Source: an uncultured Chloroflexia bacterium (GTDB lineage Bacteria; Chloroflexota; Limnocylindria; Limnocylindrales; CSP1-4). From it: 64,000 nt of DNA. This document shows, in pieces, positions 39,387 through 46,851 of the stretch. Under the pieces are notes generated by a model. That model ran no database searches. It was given only the letters and a program-made list of their open reading frames with translations, and was not told the DNA's origin. The stretch lies in contig CAVWSU010000005.1 of assembly GCA_963757865.1 (NCBI GenBank), forward strand, positions 192,254 through 256,253, read 5' to 3'. Numbering within the stretch: the first letter of the stretch is position 1; every line of letters starts with the position of its first letter. The translations under genes and the position numbers were made by a program.

Positions 39387-41441
39387 ATGTCGCTGCTCCG
39401 TCGCGAAGCGCAGGCGAAAGAGCGCGCAGCAGGGAACGCCCCTGCCGCGCAGTCGCCGGCTGCGCCGTCGCCGGCCACGCCTGCCGCGACGCCCGCGGCC
39501 GTGCCCCCCGCCGGGTCCGTTGCGGCTCCGCCTGACCCACGTCCCGACGCATCACCCCGGCCGGCCACGGCTCCCGGCACGGCCGTCGCACCCGTCGCCC
39601 CGACCGCGGCCATCGCGCCGGCTGTGCCCGCGTCGCCGGCTGTGATTGCGTCACCGACCGCGCCTGCCACGCCCACGATTCCCGCAACACCGGGCACGGC
39701 GTCCGCGCCGGCCGCGGCATCGACGGCACGGCTGGCCTCGAGCGTCACGGGTCGCGACCAGCTGCTCCTCGACCTCCGGGTGCAGCTGCACGCAGAGGTC
39801 GTCGGTTCCTTCGACTCACTGCTCGGGGTCACGGACGCGGCGGACCTGCGCGCAAGGGTCACCACGCTCGTCGAGCGGGTGATCGGCCAGGCGCAGATCG
39901 GCGTGACGCGGGACGAGCGGCTCCGGTTCATCGACGAGGTCATCGACGAGATCACGGGGCTCGGCCCGCTCGAGCCACTCCTGGCCGACGAGACCATCAC
40001 CGAGATCATGGTGAACGGACCCCGCCAGATCTACATCGAGCGACGAGGGAAGATCCTGCGCGTCGACAGCGCGTTCATGGGTGACGAGCACGTCCTGCGG
40101 ATCATCGACCGGATCATCGCCCCGCTGGGACGCCGGATCGACGAGTCGAGCCCCAGGGTGGACGCCCGGCTTCCCGACGGCTCGCGCGTCAACGTGATCA
40201 TCGAGCCACTCTCGCTGGTCGGGCCCGTGATCACCATCCGCAAGTTCGCCGCGCGGCCGTACACGGTCGAGGACCTCGTGGGGTTCGGCACGTCGACGGC
40301 CGAGATGTTCGAGTTCCTGCGGGTGTGCGTCGAGGCCCGGCTCAACATCTTCGTCTCCGGCGGGACCGGTTCGGGCAAGACCACGTTCCTGAACGTCCTG
40401 TCCTCGTTCATCCCGAACGACGAGCGGATCATCACGGTCGAGGACGCGGCCGAGCTGCAGCTGCGCCAGGATCACGTGGTCACGCTCGAGGCGCGCCCCC
40501 CGAACCTCGAGGGCGAGGGCGAGATCACCATCCGGGACCTCATCCGAAACGCCCTGCACATGCGTCCCGACCGGATCATCGTCGGCGAGTGCCGGTCGGG
40601 AGAAGCCCTGGACATGCTCCAGGCGATGAACTCCGGGCAGGAGGGCTCCCTGTCCACCGGCCACGCGAACACGCCGCCGGACATGCTCCGACGCCTCGAG
40701 ACGATGGTGCTGATGACCGGCTACGAGCTGCCGCTGCGCGCCATCCGCGAACAGATCGCCTCGGCCGTCGACGTGATCGTCCACACCGCGCGCCTGAAGG
40801 ACGGTTCGCGCAAGGTCGTCAACATCACCGAGGTCTACGGGATCGAGGACGACGACATCCTCACGCAGGACATCTTCGCGTTCGAGCAGACCGGCGTCGT
40901 GGACGGCAGGATCCAGGGGCACCTCTCTCCGACCGGGATCCGCCCGACGTTCATGCGCAAGCTGATCGCCTCGGGCGTCGCGCTTCCACCCGGCGAATTC
41001 GGCATCCCGCCGGAGGATCCCGCGCGACCGGGACCCCTGGGGAAGGGCCGGTGGGGCGCGGGCGAGTCCGCGCAGGGGTCGGATGTGTCCGGCGCGCGTG
41101 TCGGCCGGGGCCGGGTGGTCAAGGCCGGGGGCATGGTCTACGTCTCGTCGATCGGGCCGGTCGATCCCGAAACGGGCCGCGTGGTGAGCTCGGAGATCAG
41201 GGAGCAGACGCGCCAGTGCCTGCGCAACCTGAAGTCGTCGCTCGAGTCGGCCGGGAGCTCCCTGGAGAAGGTCGTCTGGGCGAACTGGTCGCTGCGCGAG
41301 CCCGTCGAGTTCGACACGTTCAACGAGGAGTGGGCGCGCTGGTTCCCGGGCGACGCGCCGGTGGGCCAGGGGACGCTGCTGCCCCCGCTGCACCGGCGCG
41401 CCGGATTCCGGGTCTCGATCGGCGTCATCGCCGAGGCCTGA
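39387..41441 (+). CDS. cpaF: CpaF/TadA-type secretion ATPase with an Ala/Pro-rich N-terminal linker and an in-frame C-terminal RidA/YjgF-like domain
   Basis: ITEIMVNG, Walker A SGGTGSGKTT, ITVEDAAEL, IIVGECRSGEALDMLQAMNSGQEGSLSTGHAN. C-terminus: VKAGGMVYVSSIGPVDPETGRVV..EQTRQCLRNLKSSLESAGSSLEKVV..FNEEWARWF (RidA pattern). Confidence 0.85.
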   Translation: MSLLRREAQAKERAAGNAPAAQSPAAPSPATPAATPAAVPPAGSVAAPPDPRPDASPRPATAPGTAVAPVAPTAAIAPAVPASPAVIASPTAPATPTIPATPGTASAPAAASTARLASSVTGRDQLLLDLRVQLHAEVVGSFDSLLGVTDAADLRARVTTLVERVIGQAQIGVTRDERLRFIDEVIDEITGLGPLEPLLADETITEIMVNGPRQIYIERRGKILRVDSAFMGDEHVLRIIDRIIAPLGRRIDESSPRVDARLPDGSRVNVIIEPLSLVGPVITIRKFAARPYTVEDLVGFGTSTAEMFEFLRVCVEARLNIFVSGGTGSGKTTFLNVLSSFIPNDERIITVEDAAELQLRQDHVVTLEARPPNLEGEGEITIRDLIRNALHMRPDRIIVGECRSGEALDMLQAMNSGQEGSLSTGHANTPPDMLRRLETMVLMTGYELPLRAIREQIASAVDVIVHTARLKDGSRKVVNITEVYGIEDDDILTQDIFAFEQTGVVDGRIQGHLSPTGIRPTFMRKLIASGVALPPGEFGIPPEDPARPGPLGKGRWGAGESAQGSDVSGARVGRGRVVKAGGMVYVSSIGPVDPETGRVVSSEIREQTRQCLRNLKSSLESAGSSLEKVVWANWSLREPVEFDTFNEEWARWFPGDAPVGQGTLLPPLHRRAGFRVSIGVIAEA

Positions 41442-41481
41442 TCGCGCGACCCCTCGGGGGCGGGACCGTGTCAGCCCGCGG

Positions 41482-41922
41482 TCATGCCTCCGCGACGCTC
41501 TTCAGCTGCGCGAGCATCTCGGCCACGTGCGACTTCAGGCCGCGCTCGCCGATCACTCCCAGCACGCTGCCGAGTGGCCCATAGGGCAGTTCCACGTGCT
41601 CGTCGAACGTGAACCGGCATCCCTGGCCGATCGGGTCGAGGCTCCACACCTGTTCGTCGGCCTTCACGCCCGACCCCGACGTCATGTGGAAACGCAGCCG
41701 CCGGTTCTCGTGCCATTCCGTGAGCTCGAGATCCTCCTTCAGCATCGGCCCGACGGCCTTCTCTTCCATGTGCACGCGGGCGCCGACGCCCCGCGAGCCG
41801 GCGTCGAGATACCGGAATTCGTGAAGGCCGACGAACCAGCGCATGACCTTGTCGGGCTCGACCAGGAAGGGCCAGACCCGTTCCGGCGGCGCTGCGATGT
41901 CGATCGACCGGTGCACGTCCAT
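41482..41922 (-). CDS. SRPBCC (START/Bet v1-like) family protein
   Basis: MDVHRSIDIAAPPERVWPFLVEPDKVMRW. GGAGG lies 7 nt before this ATG. Confidence 0.7.
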   Translation of the reverse strand: MDVHRSIDIAAPPERVWPFLVEPDKVMRWFVGLHEFRYLDAGSRGVGARVHMEEKAVGPMLKEDLELTEWHENRRLRFHMTSGSGVKADEQVWSLDPIGQGCRFTFDEHVELPYGPLGSVLGVIGERGLKSHVAEMLAQLKSVAEA

Positions 41923-41960
41923 CGCACTGACCTCCACCAGGTGTGCGAGCGCCACGCTGC

Positions 41961-42248
41961 TCAGACCGGCTGGGCCACCTTCGTTTCCGTGAGCGCCGGC
42001 TCGAGCGTCGCGGTGACGGGGTCGAACAGGCGGACCTCATGGATCGCCGTGTACGGGATCTCGTACTGGCGGAAGATCCCGATGAGCGTTTCCTCCGATG
42101 GAGCCACCCAGTGGCAGTAGGTCATGTTGTCGGCAACACCGCAGAACGTGCTGATCCACTTCACGCCCTCGGGCACCGGCGCCTTCGTCAGGGGTTGCAG
42201 CTGCTCCTCGGTGAAGGCGGCAGGGTGGACCGCAATGTAGCGGGACAT
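41961..42248 (-). CDS. DUF4242-like small protein
   Basis: 95 aa. ..KWISTFCGVADNMTYCHWVAPSEETLIGIFRQYEIPYTAIHEV resembles DUF4242. Confidence 0.55.
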   Translation of the reverse strand: MSRYIAVHPAAFTEEQLQPLTKAPVPEGVKWISTFCGVADNMTYCHWVAPSEETLIGIFRQYEIPYTAIHEVRLFDPVTATLEPALTETKVAQPV

Positions 42249-42364
42249 GGAACCCTCCCGGCCCCCAATGGGGCCACGTCATCTCGAGCCGGTCCTGACC
42301 CGTCCGCCGCGAAGCGCGGGCGCGTGGGGTTCACCACGGCCGGGGCGGCGTTCGACTCAGCACC

Positions 42365-42456
42365 GCTCGTCGCGGGTCGGTCTCGCCGGTGGCTCGGCGC
42401 GGTCGAGGCGGCCTGAGCATGGCCGCGCGTCAACGCCCCCCGCGTGTCCGACGAGC
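42365..42456 (-). promoter_or_regulatory. conserved structured leader element, copy A (upstream of the DUF4242-SRPBCC operon)
   Basis: 92 nt. RNA sense: GCUCGU..CGCGGGGGGCGUUGACGCGCGGCC-AUGCUCA-GGCCGCC..CGCCG-AGCCAC-CGGCGAGACCGACCCGCGACGAGC. Lies 117 nt upstream of the start codon. Confidence 0.45.
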
Positions 42457-43203
42457 ATCCACCGACTCTGCCGCAGCACAAGTGCCGAAGGACAGGTTTC
42501 GCACCCGCGCGCCCGACTCGTCGCCGGGTCGACTACCCGCCGACAGGCGCGAAGCTGTTGAACACCGGGTAGCCGTCGCGAACCCGATCAGTCGGTGGCT
42601 TGTAGGCGCGATTGGGGACAGCGGGAAGGTGGCCCGATGCGGGTCAAGACCCGTACGGCTCGGCGTCGGTCAGCGCTGCATCCGACCGTTCGTCGCCGGC
42701 CACGGCGGAACACCTCCCAGGACACGTGAGGTCGTCACTGAGATCATTTCCGGTGGAGCGCTGGGGCGGGCCACCTCGGCCAGCACTGCCGCACGGGGAG
42801 GCATGACCGAACGGGATGACGGGCGGGGCTGCGTGGTGATTCCGACGAGGAGCGCGATCATCACGGCCACGAGAAGCTGCTGCCCGCCGCGCGACTGGTG
42901 CGACGCTGCGCGAGGCACAGCCAGGGAAGGGTCCACGATTTCGGCCACAGCATCGGGTGCCGGAGACCGCTCGGAATGGCGATGGATGGGTCGTGGCCTG
43001 ACGCGCGCACGCAGGCGCTGCGTGGACACCGGTTCGAGAGCTTCGGGACGCTCGGGCGGCACGGTCGGGGCCTCGTGCGCGGGGACAGCCGCCGAGGATC
43101 CAACGCTCCCTGGATCATGGTGATCGCATCGGTGCCGTGAGCCGTAACGCCGACGTATCAGGCGCGGCTGGACCACGGCTCGTGGCCTGGGGCAGGGCGG
43201 CCG

Positions 43204-44067
43204 TCAGCCCGAGCTTTCGATCCCCGTGAACCGATACCCTTCGCCGGCGCGCTCCACGTGGCCAAGCTCGGTGAGGTGGAAGCCGTGGACCAGCGCGTGG
43301 TGACCGGACGCGCGGTCGAGGAGCCGACGGCGGGTCGCCACGGTCTGCGCCGCGTCGACGTCCATGCGGCTGGGCCAGTCCGGGTGGGCGACGTGCTCCG
43401 CGTGGAGGACCGCGTCGCCCAGGGCAAGCAGCTCTACCGCGCCGATCTCGACCTGGATGGCCACGTGGCCCGGCGTGTGGCCGGGCGCGGGGATGATCCG
43501 TACCCCTGGTGCCACGTCCACCTCGCCGTCGGTCAGCTCGAGCAGGCCGGCCTGGCGGAGGGGCAGGAGATGGAGTCGTGCGATCGAGGCGAGGTAGTCG
43601 TCGGCTGGCCGCACCGGTCCGGACCCGAGCCAGTAGTCCCACTCGAGCCCCGACATGACGTGGCGGGCCTTCGGGTACCGGGGGACCCGGACGCCGTCGC
43701 GCTCTACGGTGAGCCCGCCGATGTGATCGGCGTGGGCATGCGTGATCAGCACCAGCACGATCTCGCCGGTGGTGACCCCGGCAGCGCCGAGGGACCCCTC
43801 GGTGCCGCCGATCGGTGCGTTCCATTCGGCCGCCAGATCCTCGCCCGCCCCGGCGTCGAGCAGGACCGGCCCGTCGGCTGTCCGCACGAGGAGCGGATGG
43901 TAGGGAAGGGGCAGCATGCCATCGGAGTCGAGCCGGCCCGCCAGGAGCGTCGCGAGTCGCGCGGGCTCGACATCCGGAAAGACATCGCCGACGTCGTAGG
44001 CGACGACGCCGTCGGAGAGGATCTCGACCGCAGACGTCCCGGCATGGATCGCGGGCTGCCCCGTCAT
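43204..44067 (-). CDS. MBL-fold metallo-hydrolase
   Basis: LITHAHADHIGGL, PAPGHTPGH. AAGGAG lies 7 nt before the ATG at 44067. The ORF is open to 44127. Confidence 0.75.
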   Translation of the reverse strand: MTGQPAIHAGTSAVEILSDGVVAYDVGDVFPDVEPARLATLLAGRLDSDGMLPLPYHPLLVRTADGPVLLDAGAGEDLAAEWNAPIGGTEGSLGAAGVTTGEIVLVLITHAHADHIGGLTVERDGVRVPRYPKARHVMSGLEWDYWLGSGPVRPADDYLASIARLHLLPLRQAGLLELTDGEVDVAPGVRIIPAPGHTPGHVAIQVEIGAVELLALGDAVLHAEHVAHPDWPSRMDVDAAQTVATRRRLLDRASGHHALVHGFHLTELGHVERAGEGYRFTGIESSG

Positions 44068-44179
44068 GGCCAGTCTCCTTCGAGTCTGATCGGAGTGACG
44101 CGACAGGCTGAGAGTCGAGCCGCTCATCGTCCGTCATTCAGCCTGACCCGCCATGCGTCCACGGCACAGGAGCCGGACG

Positions 44180-44271
44180 ACTCGTCCGGGTCGGTCTCGC
44201 CAGTGGCTCGGCGCGTCCCCGGCGGCCTGAGCATGGGCCGCGCGTCAATACCCCCCGCGCGCCACACGAGC
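44180..44271 (-). promoter_or_regulatory. conserved structured leader element, copy B (upstream of the MBL hydrolase)
   Basis: 92 nt with the same architecture as copy A. Core GGCGAGACCGACCC, CGCCGAGCCACUGGCG and GCGGCC..GGCCGC are conserved. Confidence 0.45.
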
Positions 44272-44348
44272 ATTCGCTACGTGTGCCTTGCCGCAAGTGC
44301 CGAACGATAGGAGATCAAGTGGAGGGCCTGCCGGCACGAGAGCAGACG

Positions 44349-44369
44349 CTTGCCACACGCGTGTGCAAG
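44349..44369 (-). terminator. candidate terminator hairpin after the SRPBCC gene
   Basis: Near-perfect palindrome cttgc-c-acacgcgtgt-gcaag lies 38 nt downstream of the stop at 44408. No clear U tract. Confidence 0.3.
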
Positions 44370-44407
44370 GCCCCGCGGTCCGCTACTTGCCCTGGGCCAC
44401 GAACGGG

Positions 44408-44854
44408 TCAGGCGTGCGCCGCGATCTTCGCCTCGGCGAGGGCCTTGAAGTCGGCGAGCATCTGGCGCGTCTGCCGCTCGACCCAGCCCTTGGTCACGAG
44501 ATCCTTGATGAACCCGGGCCAGTGGCCCGGCATCTCCCAGTCGGAGTCGATGGTCAGACGGGTCGCCTCGCCGTCGGGCTCAAATCGCATGACGTTGTCC
44601 ATCGGACCCGTGTCGCTGTGTTCGTGCATGAGCCGCAGCGGCTCCACCTCGATGATCCTGTAGGTCGTCTTCACCTCGAAGCCCATGAGCCGCATGCTCG
44701 CCACGTACGTCGTCCCGACCTTGTCCAACGGCCCGTCGACCTCCAGGTGGCCGATCCGCGGCATCCAGTCTTCCCAGTGCGACGTGTCGCAGTAGAACGC
44801 CCAGACGTGCTCGACGGGCGCCTCGACGCGGATCTCCTCGCGCAGGTGTTGCAT
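44408..44854 (-). CDS. SRPBCC family protein
   Basis: MQHLREEIRVEAPVEHVWAFYCDTSHWEDW. GGAGG lies 5 nt before this ATG. Confidence 0.7.
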   Translation of the reverse strand: MQHLREEIRVEAPVEHVWAFYCDTSHWEDWMPRIGHLEVDGPLDKVGTTYVASMRLMGFEVKTTYRIIEVEPLRLMHEHSDTGPMDNVMRFEPDGEATRLTIDSDWEMPGHWPGFIKDLVTKGWVERQTRQMLADFKALAEAKIAAHA

Positions 44855-44866
44855 GACCGCCTCCAT

Positions 44867-44949
44867 GCACACGCGGGTCGGTCTCGCCAGTGGCTCGGCG
44901 CGGTCTCGGCGGCCAGGATCTGGACCGCGTGTCGGTGCCCCCCGTGTAC
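44867..44949 (-). promoter_or_regulatory. conserved structured leader element, copy C (immediately upstream of the SRPBCC gene)
   Basis: 83 nt with the same core. The outer helix is GUACAC/GUGUGC rather than GCUCGU/ACGAGC. Its 3' arm lies next to the Shine-Dalgarno sequence. Confidence 0.45.
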
Positions 44950-45144
44950 CGGCTACCGTTCGCCGCCGCTGGCGCGCGACAAGAGGCCATTCGGACCACT
45001 GGGCAGGCCGTCTGGCAGGAGGCTGGCCGTCGTACCGATGGTCGACAGGACCCGGCCTCCTGGGCATGCTCGCTCAGCGCCTGCCCACCCCACACCGCGA
45101 CGCGGAGTGGCGCAGCATGTGCCGGCACGCACGGAGGGAGGCCC

Positions 45145-46085
45145 ATGCGCTCGTTTCGGTTCATCGCGGACCTGTCCGCGATCGTGGATGGACGGACGCT
45201 CGCCGAGAGGGCCCGCCGAGCCGAGTCCATTGGCTACGACGAGATCGTCCTGGGCGACCACCTGCTGGAGCAGCTGGCTCCCATCCCTGCGCTGGCAACC
45301 GTCGCCGCGGCGACCGACCGGATCCGCATCGGCACGTTCGTGCTCAACAACGACCTGCGCCACCCGGCCGTGCTCGCCCAGGATCTCGCCACGCTCGACG
45401 TTCTGAGCGGGGGTCGCCTGGAGGTCGGGATCGGAGCCGGATGGAACGAGCCCGAATACGCCGCCATCGGCCTCGCCTTCGACGGCCCCGGCCGCAGGAT
45501 CGAGCGAATGACCGAAGCAGTGGCGATCCTCAAGGGCCTGTTCGCCGACGGGGCGTTCTCGTTCCAGGGCACGCATTACACGATCAAGGGACTCGACGGG
45601 CAGCCGAAACCGGTCCAGCGGCCCCATCCGCCGTTCCTGATGGGCGGTGGTGGCCGGCGCATGCTGACGTTCGCGGCCCGGGAGGCCGACACCGTGGGGC
45701 TCGCGCCCATCGCAACGGGGGAGGGTCGGGCATCGTCGACGACTGCATGGCCGCGGCGACCGAGCGGAAGATCGGCTGGATCCGCGAGGCGGCAGGTGAT
45801 CGGTTCGAACGCCTGGATCTCAACGTGTACCCGGCGGTGGGGCCCGTGCGCGTGACGGATGACGCCCTGGGAGAGGCCACCGAGCTCGCGCACCGATTGA
45901 TGAGCCGGCATGGCGGGGACGTATCGGCCGGCGAACTCCTGGAATCGCCGTTCGTCTACATCGGCTCCGTGGACGGGCTCGTCGACAAGCTGATCGCCGC
46001 CCGTGAGCGCTTCGGGATCAACTGCCTGACGGCATTCGACATGGACCAGCTGGCGCCTGTCGTCGAACGGCTGGCTGGGACGTAG
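45145..46085 (+). CDS. LLM-class F420-dependent oxidoreductase, with a frame break
   Basis: MRSFRFIADLS.., VLGDHL, RIGTFVLNNDLRHPAVLAQ, GRLEVGIGAGW, PFLMGGGGRRML. After LAPIATG the protein continues in another frame (..IVDDCMAAATERKIGWIREAAGDRFERLDLN..). G5 run at 45717-45721. Confidence 0.75.
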
Positions 46086-46281
46086 ACGAGGCCGAGCGGG
46101 GCAGGGGATCCACGCGGCGGGTGCATGCCGCGCAGACAGGCACGGGCCGGCGTCGTGCACGCCGGAGCCCGTTCCGCCACCGTGCCGTCCTGCCGCCGCA
46201 CGGCAGAGTCCCGCACGGCCGTCCGGCCCTGTCGCCCGTCCCGCGCGCGGCGCAGCCTGCACGCAGGAGGTGACCTGACCG

Positions 46282-46689
46282 ATGCTGAGCGAGAGGATCC
46301 TGCTCGCGTACGACGGCAGCGAGCAGGCCCGACGAGCGCTCGACTTCGCCGTCGAGCTCACGAAGCTCAGCGGCGCGAGGCTCGGCGTCGTGAGCGTCGT
46401 GCCCGTCCACGCCGGGCGGATGGCACTGGATCCATGGGACGACGCGAGTGTGCACACGTCCGAGTTGCGGGAAGCACGCGAGCGGATCCAGGCGTCCGGC
46501 ATCACGCCGACGCTGCACGAGCCGTTCGGCGACATCGCCGAGGCCATCGTGCGAACCGCCGAGGACGGCGGATACGACCACATCGTCATGGGGAGCCGGC
46601 ACCTGGGGCTCTTCGACCGCATCCTGCACGGCTCGGTGTCGGAGGCGGTCGTGACCGAGACCACCCGGAAGGTGACGATCGTCCACTAG
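46282..46689 (+). CDS. universal stress protein (UspA family)
   Basis: ILLAYDGSEQARRALDFAV.., HIVMGSRHLGLFDRILHGSVSEAVV. Confidence 0.85.
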   Translation: MLSERILLAYDGSEQARRALDFAVELTKLSGARLGVVSVVPVHAGRMALDPWDDASVHTSELREARERIQASGITPTLHEPFGDIAEAIVRTAEDGGYDHIVMGSRHLGLFDRILHGSVSEAVVTETTRKVTIVH

Positions 46690-46851
46690 CCGTCGGCAGC
46701 CCGGGCCGGGGTTGCCGATGCAGCACATGCTCCGGTCATATGGGACGCCTGGCGGGCTGCACACGCCGGGCGTCCCTCTTCGTTTCCGGGCCGCTCGCCG
46801 CCCGTCCGCCATCGGCCCCGCAAGGCGGATCGGCCGGATAGACTGGCCGGC

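Noticed and set aside
33141-39729. Very long minus-strand ORFs (33141..36677, 1178 aa; 35695..39729, 1344 aa) and similar giants elsewhere (5167..7743, 12355..14331, 14450..16384, 56333..58408, 59437..61185).
   Set aside because: They are antisense shadows of recognisable plus-strand genes in about 70% GC DNA. The translations are Arg/Gly/Pro/Ala-rich with no motifs, while the opposite strand encodes complete conserved proteins.
42365-42456. Whether the repeated leader is a cobalamin or ZTP riboswitch, because of the words GCCACUGG, GAGACCG and GGCCUGAGCA.
   Set aside because: At about 90 nt it is far too short for a cobalamin riboswitch, and it lacks that riboswitch's other conserved blocks. 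The ZTP-like words appear only on the antisense strand, where no gene follows. The downstream genes are unrelated to B12 or purine/folate metabolism.
44067-44127. Upstream in-frame start (ATG at 44127, MSGSTLSLSRHSDQTRRRLA..) for the MBL hydrolase.
   Set aside because: The ATG at 44067 has a strong AAGGAG at the right spacing. The extension is not family-like and would overlap the conserved leader platform.
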